40,302 bases of DNA from IMG/VR virus record IMGVR_UViG_3300030104_002640, positions 1 to 40,302 of that record. The stretch is one strand, 5' to 3'. The DNA is from a virus. Taxonomy: Duplodnaviria > Caudoviricetes. The translations under genes were made by a program, and so were the position numbers. How positions within the stretch are numbered: position 1 is the stretch's first letter; the number at the start of each line of letters is the position of its first letter. Of the stretch, positions 26,398-35,695 are shown piece by piece. The notes below the pieces were generated by a model. It was not told the origin of the DNA, ran no database searches, and saw only the letters and a program-made list of their open reading frames with translations.

Positions 26398-29007
26398 ATG
26401 GTACAAATTCCAGTCTTTACATCTCAATCTTCTCCTAAACTAACAGCACCAGTTACAAGGGGAGTGCCTAATCTTGTTGGAGCAGCAATCCTGCCTTATG
26501 AACAAATATCTCGTTTAGGTAATACAATTTTAGATGTTGGACAAAAAAAATATCAACAAGAATTAAATTTTGAAAATCAAAAATATGAAGCAAAACTGGA
26601 TCATGATTTAAACTTAAAAAAATTAGCTTTAGATTTTGAATCAGAAGAATATGCAATTCAAAAGCAACATGAGATTGATTTATTTAAAGAAAATGAATCG
26701 TATAAAACTAATCTTTTAAAATTATCAAATGAATTAAAAGGCGAGTTTGAAATTAATAAAATAAAGATCCAACGAGAAAATAAAGTTAAACAAACAATCG
26801 CTGACTCCTGGGAACAAATTTATACACTCTCTGATATTGCTACTCGAGATCCAGATACAGAAAATGCTTTAAGTAATTGGGATAATGGAATTAAAAATTT
26901 AAGAAATGAATTAACCAGAGGAATTAAAGATCTTTATACTAAACAATTAATTGAACAAGAATTAGATGAAAATATTGCATTAGAGAGAGCAAAAGTTTCT
27001 TCTAACATTAATAAAAATGTTTTAGATCAATCAGAAATTATTTTTCAAAATGAAGTTGAAACTTTAAAAAATAATATTATTCGTAACCACTCACACTTTG
27101 ATATTATTAGTTTAGAAAAATTAATTGGCGAAAACTCTATTATTCATCAAAGAGCTGCTAAAGGAGAATTAAAATTAAAAGGAGTACCAGTAACTTCAGA
27201 TATTTATATTGAAGCTATTAAAAAAGATATTTTTACTGTCATGGGCGAAAACATGGCAAAAGACCAACCAGAGAGATTTAAGTTTTATAATCGACAAGGA
27301 TTTTGGGATGATAAATTAACACCAGAACTTATACAATCTTATGAAGATAAAGCTGATACAGCCATTGCATCAAAACTATCTAATCAAATTTCTAATCTTA
27401 AAGCTTCTGCTACCATACTAACAACATCGATTGATAATTTTATAAATCCATCTAAACCAGAATTTTTTGGCGATACTAATCAATACTTTACTTACAAATT
27501 ACAAGCTGAAGATATGATTAATGATTTAGTGTCTGTTGGAGAAAATGAAAAAGCTCAAAAACTTGCAATTAAACTTGATGCTTTAAATAGTGCTTTTATT
27601 AATCATAATGAAATTAAAAGATTGCAAGGATTACCTTTGGATGAAGTACAAGATATTTGGAGTTCTTTTAATCAAGAAGTTAAAAACAAATCTGGAACTG
27701 CTACAGTTAATTATTTTGGTAAAGAATTACCATATAATATTGGAACAGATCTTCTTGGTCATATTGAAAAAACCATGAACTATATGGAAACAGAGATTGG
27801 TGCTGGTCGTGTCATTGAAATGGCAGAAAGTTTTGGCATGAATATTCCAACTATAAATTGGATGGAATCTGATGCAAATAAGTTTGCACAAGAAGTTGAA
27901 ATATATCAAGCTTCTATGGGTTTTTTAATGAATAAATATGGTTTACCAGAAATGCCATTTTTTAGAGAATCAGATTTAGCACAAATTAATGAAGTTTTTA
28001 AAAATGGAAGCAAACAAGATATTTTACAACTAGCAAGTAATGTTTCAAAAATGTCTGGTATTTATGCAAATGATGCCTTTACTGATTTATCGAATAACTC
28101 CCCAGCTATGGCACACCTAGGTAAATTAATGAATATGAACAAAGGTGGTATGACACAGGCTACCGAGCATATTGTTGATGGTTGGATTGCAATGCGAAAT
28201 GATGAAACTGCATCATTAGTTGGTAAAGTTGGATTAAATGAAATAGGTAATCCTTATCTGGAAATATCTGAAACTATGCTGGGCGATATTTTAACAAATA
28301 CACCAGAAACTTTTACGCAAATAACAGATTCTTCTAAATTGATATTTGCTAATATGATTGCAGAAAATTCTGAATTACGACAACTAATTATTGATGATAA
28401 TGCAAATAATAAAAAACTACAAGAAGCCTGGAGAATGTCTATTCAATATGCAGCTGGAATGGTTGTTGATGGATCTGGAGCAAAAGGTGGAATAGAAAAA
28501 TTTAATGGCAAACCAATTATTATTCCACAAGAAAAACCAAATGGAACTTTAGATCAATTTAATTTAGCTGGTCAATTTAAAAGTAATGATGCTCCATCAT
28601 TAGAATTATTATTAGAAAATCATTTAACTGATGAATTATTATATGATGCAACAGCAACATTAAGTGTTGATGCAAGTGGAAGATCTGAAGATGTATTTCT
28701 TAATGGAATGCCATCTGACTTTGATGCAGATGGAAAATTTGTTCATTATATAGATGCAAAAGAATTATTTGATAATTATGAAAAAATTTATTTAGAAACA
28801 AATGAGTATGGCGAATACTTTATAACTTTTGGCGATCCTGGAGATCCAGCACATGAATATTATAAAACAAAAGATGGTAAAAAAGTTACTTTAAATATTA
28901 ACCGCATTTTACCAGCATTAATTAAATCTTATAAAGCAAATCCATCTGACTCAATAGATCCAAGAGATACTAAATTAAATATACCAACATATACAATGAT
29001 AAAATGA
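26398..29007 (+). CDS. Internal virion/ejection protein (gp15-like)
   Basis: Large helical protein starting MVQIPVF; position in the ejection block. Confidence 0.68.
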   Translation: MVQIPVFTSQSSPKLTAPVTRGVPNLVGAAILPYEQISRLGNTILDVGQKKYQQELNFENQKYEAKLDHDLNLKKLALDFESEEYAIQKQHEIDLFKENESYKTNLLKLSNELKGEFEINKIKIQRENKVKQTIADSWEQIYTLSDIATRDPDTENALSNWDNGIKNLRNELTRGIKDLYTKQLIEQELDENIALERAKVSSNINKNVLDQSEIIFQNEVETLKNNIIRNHSHFDIISLEKLIGENSIIHQRAAKGELKLKGVPVTSDIYIEAIKKDIFTVMGENMAKDQPERFKFYNRQGFWDDKLTPELIQSYEDKADTAIASKLSNQISNLKASATILTTSIDNFINPSKPEFFGDTNQYFTYKLQAEDMINDLVSVGENEKAQKLAIKLDALNSAFINHNEIKRLQGLPLDEVQDIWSSFNQEVKNKSGTATVNYFGKELPYNIGTDLLGHIEKTMNYMETEIGAGRVIEMAESFGMNIPTINWMESDANKFAQEVEIYQASMGFLMNKYGLPEMPFFRESDLAQINEVFKNGSKQDILQLASNVSKMSGIYANDAFTDLSNNSPAMAHLGKLMNMNKGGMTQATEHIVDGWIAMRNDETASLVGKVGLNEIGNPYLEISETMLGDILTNTPETFTQITDSSKLIFANMIAENSELRQLIIDDNANNKKLQEAWRMSIQYAAGMVVDGSGAKGGIEKFNGKPIIIPQEKPNGTLDQFNLAGQFKSNDAPSLELLLENHLTDELLYDATATLSVDASGRSEDVFLNGMPSDFDADGKFVHYIDAKELFDNYEKIYLETNEYGEYFITFGDPGDPAHEYYKTKDGKKVTLNINRILPALIKSYKANPSDSIDPRDTKLNIPTYTMIK

Positions 29008-29531
29008 ACAAAATAGATTGGAATTTTATATCCGAATTAGAGGGTAAGGGAGCAAATACTGGTTATGTGCCAACAAAAAATTCTGGTGTTACAGTTGCAA
29101 CTGGATTTGATCTAAAAGAAAAAGATGAAGAATTTTTATTAAAAATTGGCATCTCCGAGCCAACTGTTGCAAAGCTTCAAAACTTTTGTGGACTCTCTGG
29201 AGCTGAAGCTTCAGCTGTCGCAAAAGATTTAGTATTAAGTGATAAGGAAGTTTTGGAAATAGATCTGTGTAGTAAAAAATATTATGCTACAAGAATAATG
29301 AACCAATATAATAGCAGAGATCCAAAAGAAACTTTTACAAATTTAACTAAAGGACAACAAACAGTTATTGCTTCTGTTGGTTTTCAGTATGGTAGTTTTT
29401 CACGAACTCCATCATTTATTAAACACGCAGTTAATTCTGATTGGGATTTAGTGGATCGAGAGCTGCGAAATTTTGGCGATGACTTTGGTACTCGAAGAAA
29501 TAGAGAGGCAGAATACTTATGGGTAGTGTAG
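29004..29531 (+). CDS. Pesticin C-terminal-like muramidase (lysozyme fold)
   Basis: IDWNFISELEG...GYVP..NSGVTVATGFDL...QTVIASVGFQYG...ELRNFGD.F.TRRNREA. Confidence 0.8.
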   Translation: MNKIDWNFISELEGKGANTGYVPTKNSGVTVATGFDLKEKDEEFLLKIGISEPTVAKLQNFCGLSGAEASAVAKDLVLSDKEVLEIDLCSKKYYATRIMNQYNSRDPKETFTNLTKGQQTVIASVGFQYGSFSRTPSFIKHAVNSDWDLVDRELRNFGDDFGTRRNREAEYLWVV

Positions 29532-32500
29532 ATATTCCTAAAGATAAAGGTTTAGAACTTCATATTACAAAAACCATTTATCCAGATTCAAAACGAGTAG
29601 GTACAACTCCTACAAAAACTCCTTCTGGTTTTTTTTCAGATCCAACAAATAGAAATTATGGAGGTGCTACAGCTCTTACTTCGCCTAAAACATTAGGAGA
29701 TAATTTTGAATCTTCTTTTAGAGATTTAATAGATTTTGGAAGATCAGTATCTTCATACCAGGGAAAAGTAGAAGATTGGGAATTAGTCCAAAATGAATTA
29801 GAAACAAAATTTGGAATAGAGATTCCTCATTGGGAAGATTACATTCCAGAAATTGATGATCAATACAGATGGTCAAGACCATTTTCTAATTTTGGTGTTG
29901 ATGGAGCTGGTGGAAATATGATGCCAGAAGCTCCATTTGAAGTTAAAAAAAAATATTTAGAAAATTTAATTTCAATAGAATTAGACAAACTTGGGCCAGA
30001 AGCTAAAAAAAATTTTAAGGGATATGATCATTATTTTGATTTAAGAAAAAAACAAGCAGCTGATACACAAGAACAAATGGCTCTTAATATGCAGTATGCT
30101 GATAGTGGCTGGGATAAATGGGGAGGAATGTTATCTGGTACAGCTGTTGCTTCATTTCATGATCCACTTATTCTTGGCACTCTTCCTTTATCCATGGTGT
30201 ATGGGTGGCAAGGAGGAATTGTTTATGCCACAATGCGAACAGCTGCAATCGAAGCAATTATTGCTGGTGGTGCAGAAACTATTATACAATCACAAGTAGT
30301 ACCTTACAGACAATCACTAGGACAAGATTATGACTGGTCGGATGCAGCAAAAATAATTGGAACTGTATCTGCAACAAGTGGTGTATTTGCTGGAACTCTT
30401 ACAGCTAGTGTTAAAGGTTCAGCACAATTATATAAAAATGCACAAATGGCTTTAGCCAAAACAAATCCAGACATACGCAATAAAATTATTGGTAAAGAAT
30501 TTTGGAAAGCAGTTAATGAAAGAGGTTTTATAGAATTAACTGATATTGATAAAGCTACTGGAAATATAAAATTATTAGATAAAGTTCCTCCAGATGTTGC
30601 TTGGGAAATAATAAATAAAAATATTTCTGCTTTAGGTAAAAAGGAAATGCTTTTATTATTTAGAACATTACCAGATTCAATACAATTACACGCACCTTAT
30701 CAAAGTGCTGCTAGAGAATTAGAAGAAAAAATTTTAGAAGATGTTGATAATCCATTATCCAAAAACATAGAGGGTAATGTTGAACACATGGAGAGAACTA
30801 ACTCAACTTTGGAAAGTGTATTAAAAAACGAAGAACCTAAAATTCCAGAACAACCTAACTCTCAAATAGTCCTGGATGAAAAAAGACCAGTAATGAATCA
30901 TGTTAAAATGAATCCAGATGATATTGAAGTAGATGCAAAAACTTTTCAATTTAAAACTGGAGGCGATAGTAAAGGAGTTTTAACAACATTAAAAGGTATT
31001 GATAAATGGGATCATAATGCAGCTGGTACTGTTATGGTATGGGAAAGAGCTGATGGAAAATTTTTTATTGCTGATGGTCATCAACGATTAGGACTAGCAA
31101 AAAGAATTAAATCAAAAGATCCAAAACAAGATGTTTATTTAATGACAGTTGTTAGACGAGAAGCTGATGGCTGGAATGCAGAAGATGTTATGGTTGAGGC
31201 TATGACAGTTAATATTGTTGCTGCAACTGCAAAAGCAGAAGATGTGGCAAGAGTATTTTTACGAATGGGAGAAACTCACACAGCTAATATACTTGCTGGA
31301 AGAATTAAACCACAACAAGCTCTTTATCAAAATTCTCTTGGTTTATATAGATTAGGAGATGAAGCATTTAGATATTGGCTTAAAGGCGGAATAAAAGATA
31401 ATATTGCAGCACAAGTTGGACATATTGTTGATGATCCAGAATTAGCAATAAATGCTTTAAAACTTTTAGAAAAAGCAAAACCAGCTAATATTAATGAAGC
31501 AAGATCAATAATTAGATCTTTTTTAGATGCTGGAATAATAGAAACCACACAAACCGATATGTTTGGTGCTAGAATCATGAAACAGTCATTGATTGTAGAA
31601 AGATCCAAAGTTTATAGTAGTGCTTTACGAGAGCTAAAAAAAGATAAAACAATCTTTAAAGCTCTTGTGGAAAACGATGAAGCTATTATAAAAAGTGGTA
31701 GAAATAAATTAGATACAAACTATAATGTAGAAAAGGCAGAACAATATGGCATCATCATACACAAAATCGAAAAACTCGCAAATCGCAAAGGGCGACTCTC
31801 AGACGAGCTTACTGCAGCAGCAAAACTCTGGAAGTCTGGAAGTAAGCGAAAAGCAGTTGAGTCTTTTAAAAAAGCTGTCTACGAGTCGATTGAACGAGGC
31901 GATCACGAGGGGATTACTCCAAGCGGAAGTGAACGCAGTATCTTTGCTTCGCAATCGGAAAGTCCAGCTCGACAAAAACCAAAAGAAAACATAATCACAG
32001 AAAAGTTAAAGGTACATGACGATCCTCATGATACCAATGTAGCTGTTAAAGAAGCTGATGATCAGTTAGATATACTTAAAGAGGAGATCAAATCTGGAGT
32101 TGCTTCTGGAGAACGCAAAACATCTGATACAACAAAACCTTTAGAAAGTACCCAGGATGAATTTTTCCAAACAACAACTGCCTCTCCACCATCAACTGTA
32201 TTAGCTAAAGCTAAAGGTACTCCATCAGCATCTCGAATACTTGATGATAATTCAATCGGAGAATTTAAAACTGTTTTAGGCATAAATTATAAAATACTAC
32301 AAATATCTGATAGTGTCGATAATTTATATAAATTAGCAAACAAAAGTATCAAAGATATTGAAGCCTCTATTACTAATATAGCGATAAAATTTAAAAATGC
32401 AAAAGTTATTACAGATATTAAGAAAAAATCAGAATTAAAGAGAAAACTAAAAAATAGGCAAAATGACTTTGGAAAAGACTATGATATACGATTTATTGGC

Positions 32501-33085
32501 GATATTGCTAGAGGTCGTATCGTTCTTGAAAATTTAGATGAAGTTGTTGATGGTTTAAATATCGAAGGATGGCTGCGACAAAATTATAAAATAATTTCAA
32601 AAAAAGATTATTTTACAACACCAAAAGAGAGTGGATATAGAGCTACTCATTATCAGCTTGTAACAGAAGATGGATTGGCATTTGAGTTACAAGTACATCA
32701 TAAAGATTTATTAAATATTTATGATAAATTAAGAGATCTTCCAAGCTCTGCATATAATAAATTTAAAAATAGAAAATTATCAAAAAAAGAAAAAGCTGAA
32801 AGAATTAAATTAGTTGCAAAAGAAAAGAAAATTTTTGATGATACTTGGAGTAAAATTCAAGTTGAACAAAAAGGGTTACCAGAACAACGAGCAGTCGATA
32901 TTGGTTTATTTGATGCAACTGCAAGAAACCAATTAGATTTAACCGATGAAGTTGTAATGGATATTAAAACTGGAGCTGATGGAGAATTAGTACCAGACAC
33001 AAAAACATTAAAACAAGTTCTTGATGATGTTGAAGAAGATGACAAGATCATTAATTTCTTAAAAGACTGTCCAGGAATATCATGA
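29519..33085 (+). CDS. Polyvalent internal virion protein with ParB-like and RelA/SpoT synthetase-like domains
   Basis: VWERADGKFFIADGHQR (ParB/Srx-like); IKKKSELKRKL, IGDIARGRIV, KDYFTTPKESGYRATH, FELQVH (RelA_SpoT-like). Confidence 0.8.
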   Translation: MGSVDIPKDKGLELHITKTIYPDSKRVGTTPTKTPSGFFSDPTNRNYGGATALTSPKTLGDNFESSFRDLIDFGRSVSSYQGKVEDWELVQNELETKFGIEIPHWEDYIPEIDDQYRWSRPFSNFGVDGAGGNMMPEAPFEVKKKYLENLISIELDKLGPEAKKNFKGYDHYFDLRKKQAADTQEQMALNMQYADSGWDKWGGMLSGTAVASFHDPLILGTLPLSMVYGWQGGIVYATMRTAAIEAIIAGGAETIIQSQVVPYRQSLGQDYDWSDAAKIIGTVSATSGVFAGTLTASVKGSAQLYKNAQMALAKTNPDIRNKIIGKEFWKAVNERGFIELTDIDKATGNIKLLDKVPPDVAWEIINKNISALGKKEMLLLFRTLPDSIQLHAPYQSAARELEEKILEDVDNPLSKNIEGNVEHMERTNSTLESVLKNEEPKIPEQPNSQIVLDEKRPVMNHVKMNPDDIEVDAKTFQFKTGGDSKGVLTTLKGIDKWDHNAAGTVMVWERADGKFFIADGHQRLGLAKRIKSKDPKQDVYLMTVVRREADGWNAEDVMVEAMTVNIVAATAKAEDVARVFLRMGETHTANILAGRIKPQQALYQNSLGLYRLGDEAFRYWLKGGIKDNIAAQVGHIVDDPELAINALKLLEKAKPANINEARSIIRSFLDAGIIETTQTDMFGARIMKQSLIVERSKVYSSALRELKKDKTIFKALVENDEAIIKSGRNKLDTNYNVEKAEQYGIIIHKIEKLANRKGRLSDELTAAAKLWKSGSKRKAVESFKKAVYESIERGDHEGITPSGSERSIFASQSESPARQKPKENIITEKLKVHDDPHDTNVAVKEADDQLDILKEEIKSGVASGERKTSDTTKPLESTQDEFFQTTTASPPSTVLAKAKGTPSASRILDDNSIGEFKTVLGINYKILQISDSVDNLYKLANKSIKDIEASITNIAIKFKNAKVITDIKKKSELKRKLKNRQNDFGKDYDIRFIGDIARGRIVLENLDEVVDGLNIEGWLRQNYKIISKKDYFTTPKESGYRATHYQLVTEDGLAFELQVHHKDLLNIYDKLRDLPSSAYNKFKNRKLSKKEKAERIKLVAKEKKIFDDTWSKIQVEQKGLPEQRAVDIGLFDATARNQLDLTDEVVMDIKTGADGELVPDTKTLKQVLDDVEEDDKIINFLKDCPGIS
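31746..31994 (+). CDS. Nested +1-frame 82-aa ORF inside the polyvalent protein
   Basis: Host-frame GC3 rises to about 30/82 codons versus about 5/80 at 31322-31561; no TTA codons; TATAAT at 31721-31726 and AAGG upstream of the ATG. Confidence 0.6.
   Translation: MASSYTKSKNSQIAKGDSQTSLLQQQNSGSLEVSEKQLSLLKKLSTSRLNEAITRGLLQAEVNAVSLLRNRKVQLDKNQKKT
32062..32283 (-). CDS. Nested antisense 73-aa ORF, candidate antitoxin/immunity protein
   Basis: Globular-looking IRDADGVPLALANTVDGGEAVVVWKNSSW; the host frame here is an S/T/P-rich linker; TCGACA-N17-TATTTT lies 7 nt before the ATG. Confidence 0.55.
   Translation of the reverse strand: MPKTVLNSPIELSSSIRDADGVPLALANTVDGGEAVVVWKNSSWVLSKGFVVSDVLRSPEATPDLISSLSISN
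32291..32319 (-). promoter_or_regulatory. Sigma70-like promoter for a leaderless antisense transcript
   Basis: -35 TCGACA (32319-32314), 17-nt spacer, -10 TATTTT (32296-32291); TATAAT also at 32291-32286. Confidence 0.5.
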
Positions 33086-35595
33086 GTTTATTAGATTGTA
33101 TTATTAAAGGTGTAGATCAAGGCATTATTCCAGCTCGAAAGCAAACAGATATGTTTGATAATTTTGATGCACGAAAAAAAGAATATATGAAAAAAGGAAT
33201 GTCGGAAGCTGCTGCGGAAAAACAAGCTGGATTAGATACTTTTGATAAAATTAAATTTGATAAAGCAAGAAAAATTACTATTGCAAATATACAAGCAAAA
33301 AAACAAGCAGAGTTTAATTATTTATTAGAAAATTCTGGGATGAATCCTGGCGAAATTATGGAAAGAATTGTTGCCAAAATGAATGTTAAAGAGGGTTTAT
33401 CAGAAATACGAAGTGCAGAATCAACAATAGAATTTTTTAGAGCTTTAGCACAAAGAGAATTTGGAAAAATATTACTTGAATATAATCAAACTATATCTGG
33501 TGGTGTAAAAAAGAAAGCTGGTCAAATTAATTTAATAAAAGAAATTTTCCAACCAGGTTCAACAAAAAATAAAGCTACACAAGAATTGGCATTAGCTTGG
33601 ATAAGAACATCTGAATTATTACGAAAATTATTTAATCAAAGAGGTGGTGCTATTTCTAAAATGGAGGGAAATTATTTACCACAATTCCATGATCAAACTG
33701 CTGTAGCAGCTGTACCTTTTGAAACTTGGAAAAAATTTTTATTAGAAAATGATTTACTCGATTTAGAAAGAATGGTTGATTATAGAACTGGAAAACCATT
33801 TACTAAAGAAACTTTAGAATTTGCTTTATTAGATGTTTATGAAACAATAACACAACAAGGTGCAAACAAACATACTCATCACATGGGGTATGGAAAAGCT
33901 CTTTATAATAAACGAATGGATCATCGTTTTATGCACTTTGCAAATGCTGATGCTTGGTTAGCCTATAACTCAAAGTTTGGTGGCGATAGTTCTCCTTTTG
34001 ATATTATGGTTGGTCATTTTGAAACAATGACAAGGGATATTGGATTAATGGATCGTTTAGGTGCAAATCCAGAAGCTCATTTATTATTTATGAAAAGCCA
34101 AGTTAATAAATGGGTACAACAACAATCAACAAAATTACCAGCAAAAGATTTTCAAAAACTTCAATCTAAAATGAATACTCATGTTTATGATGCAGAAGCT
34201 TCTTATATGTATTTAAAAGGACAACTTCATGCACCAGTTAATCAACGAATGGCTATATCAATGGCTGGATTAAGAGGTTTTCAAACAATGGGTAAATTAG
34301 GATCAGCTTCAGTTCTTGCTTTAGGCGATGCTAACTTTACAAGACACGCAGCTGCCTTTGCTGGTCTACCACAATTTCGTTTTATGCGAAAATGGTTAGG
34401 GGGAATATTAACTTTACCAGAAAGTGAAAGACGAAGAATTGCAGCAACTAGTTCTGTTATTGCAGAAAGTTATATGAATGTATCTTCTTCATCAGCAAGA
34501 TTTACAGCGGATATGACAGAACAACCAGAAATTATGAGAAGAATAACTGACTTTTCACTAAAAATATCTGGTCTTAACTGGATGACACAAGGAGGCAAAA
34601 ATGCAGCTGGTTTAGAATTTATGGCACAGCTTCACACTTTGCCTAGCAAATGGGATAAATTACCAAAAAAGTTTCAAGAATATTTATCTTTATACAATAT
34701 TAACAAAGAGTCCTGGGAAATTATAAAAAAAACAAAACCAAGAGAACCACAACCAAATGCAAAATTTTTAGATCCAACTGATATTTTAGATCGTCAAGAT
34801 TTAACAAAAGAAATGGCTTTAGAATTATCACAAAATTTAACAATGGCTTTACATCGGTTTGTTGATTTTGCTGTACCAAGTGTTAATGCAAAAGCAGCTA
34901 CATCTGGATTACTTTTTTTAGGTTTAGGTAAAACACGATCTGGTACTCCACAAGGAGAATTGATGCGAATGATTTTACAATTCAAACAATTTCCAATGAC
35001 ATTTCATCATACACATATCATGAGAGGATTATTAAGAAAAAATTTATCTGGTAAAGCAAAATATCTAGTACCTTTGGTTGTTTCAACAACATTAATGGGA
35101 GCTTTATCATACGAATTAAAACAAATTTTATTTGGTAAAGATATTAGCAATCCAGAAAAATTTAAAGATATTCGTTATTGGATGAATGCTATGATCCATG
35201 GTGGTGGTCTTGGTTACTTTGGCGATTTATTATTTGGTACTCGTTATAGTGTAGGCTCTGCTGCAGCTGGTGTATTAGGTGCAACTCCAGGAATGTTAAT
35301 TGATACAGCAGAATTAACTATTGATAATTTATATGAGGGATTATCATCTGATATGGAAATGAATTTAGGTGGAGATCTTGCTAAATATTTAAGACGACAT
35401 ACTCCAGGGGGTTCACATTGGTATTTACGATTAGCTTTGGAAAGATTAATTTTTGATACCTTACAATCAATGATCGATCCTAAATGGAACTCAAAGAAAA
35501 GAAGAAAAATTAAAAAAACAAGAAAAGTACAAAAAACAGATTTTTGGTGGCGACCAGGGGATGTTTCTCCCAACCGACCTCCAAGTTTTTTTTAA
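33082..35595 (+). CDS. Internal virion/ejection protein (gp16-like)
   Basis: YLPQFHD...GELMRMILQFKQFP...HGGGLGYFGD...FWWRPG. Confidence 0.78.
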   Translation: MSLLDCIIKGVDQGIIPARKQTDMFDNFDARKKEYMKKGMSEAAAEKQAGLDTFDKIKFDKARKITIANIQAKKQAEFNYLLENSGMNPGEIMERIVAKMNVKEGLSEIRSAESTIEFFRALAQREFGKILLEYNQTISGGVKKKAGQINLIKEIFQPGSTKNKATQELALAWIRTSELLRKLFNQRGGAISKMEGNYLPQFHDQTAVAAVPFETWKKFLLENDLLDLERMVDYRTGKPFTKETLEFALLDVYETITQQGANKHTHHMGYGKALYNKRMDHRFMHFANADAWLAYNSKFGGDSSPFDIMVGHFETMTRDIGLMDRLGANPEAHLLFMKSQVNKWVQQQSTKLPAKDFQKLQSKMNTHVYDAEASYMYLKGQLHAPVNQRMAISMAGLRGFQTMGKLGSASVLALGDANFTRHAAAFAGLPQFRFMRKWLGGILTLPESERRRIAATSSVIAESYMNVSSSSARFTADMTEQPEIMRRITDFSLKISGLNWMTQGGKNAAGLEFMAQLHTLPSKWDKLPKKFQEYLSLYNINKESWEIIKKTKPREPQPNAKFLDPTDILDRQDLTKEMALELSQNLTMALHRFVDFAVPSVNAKAATSGLLFLGLGKTRSGTPQGELMRMILQFKQFPMTFHHTHIMRGLLRKNLSGKAKYLVPLVVSTTLMGALSYELKQILFGKDISNPEKFKDIRYWMNAMIHGGGLGYFGDLLFGTRYSVGSAAAGVLGATPGMLIDTAELTIDNLYEGLSSDMEMNLGGDLAKYLRRHTPGGSHWYLRLALERLIFDTLQSMIDPKWNSKKRRKIKKTRKVQKTDFWWRPGDVSPNRPPSFF

Positions 35596-35638
35596 AAATA
35601 GTTGAACACTATTGACAATTAATATATGAAATAAACAT

Positions 35639-35670
35639 AAACTAACCAAATTATGTCGGTTAGTTTTTTT
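35639..35670 (+). terminator. Terminator-like hairpin before the tail fibre genes
   Basis: AAACTAACC-N10-GGTTAGTTT plus T-run. Confidence 0.55.
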
Positions 35671-35695
35671 TATTTCCCCAACATTAAAGGACTAC

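Noticed and set aside
31327-31608. 93-aa antisense ORF inside the polyvalent gene
   Set aside because: The host frame has normal AT-rich codon usage and reads as a folded domain; the antisense peptide is typical S/L/I shadow
35612-35640. TTGACA promoter before the tail fibre
   Set aside because: No convincing -10 element at 16-18 nt spacing
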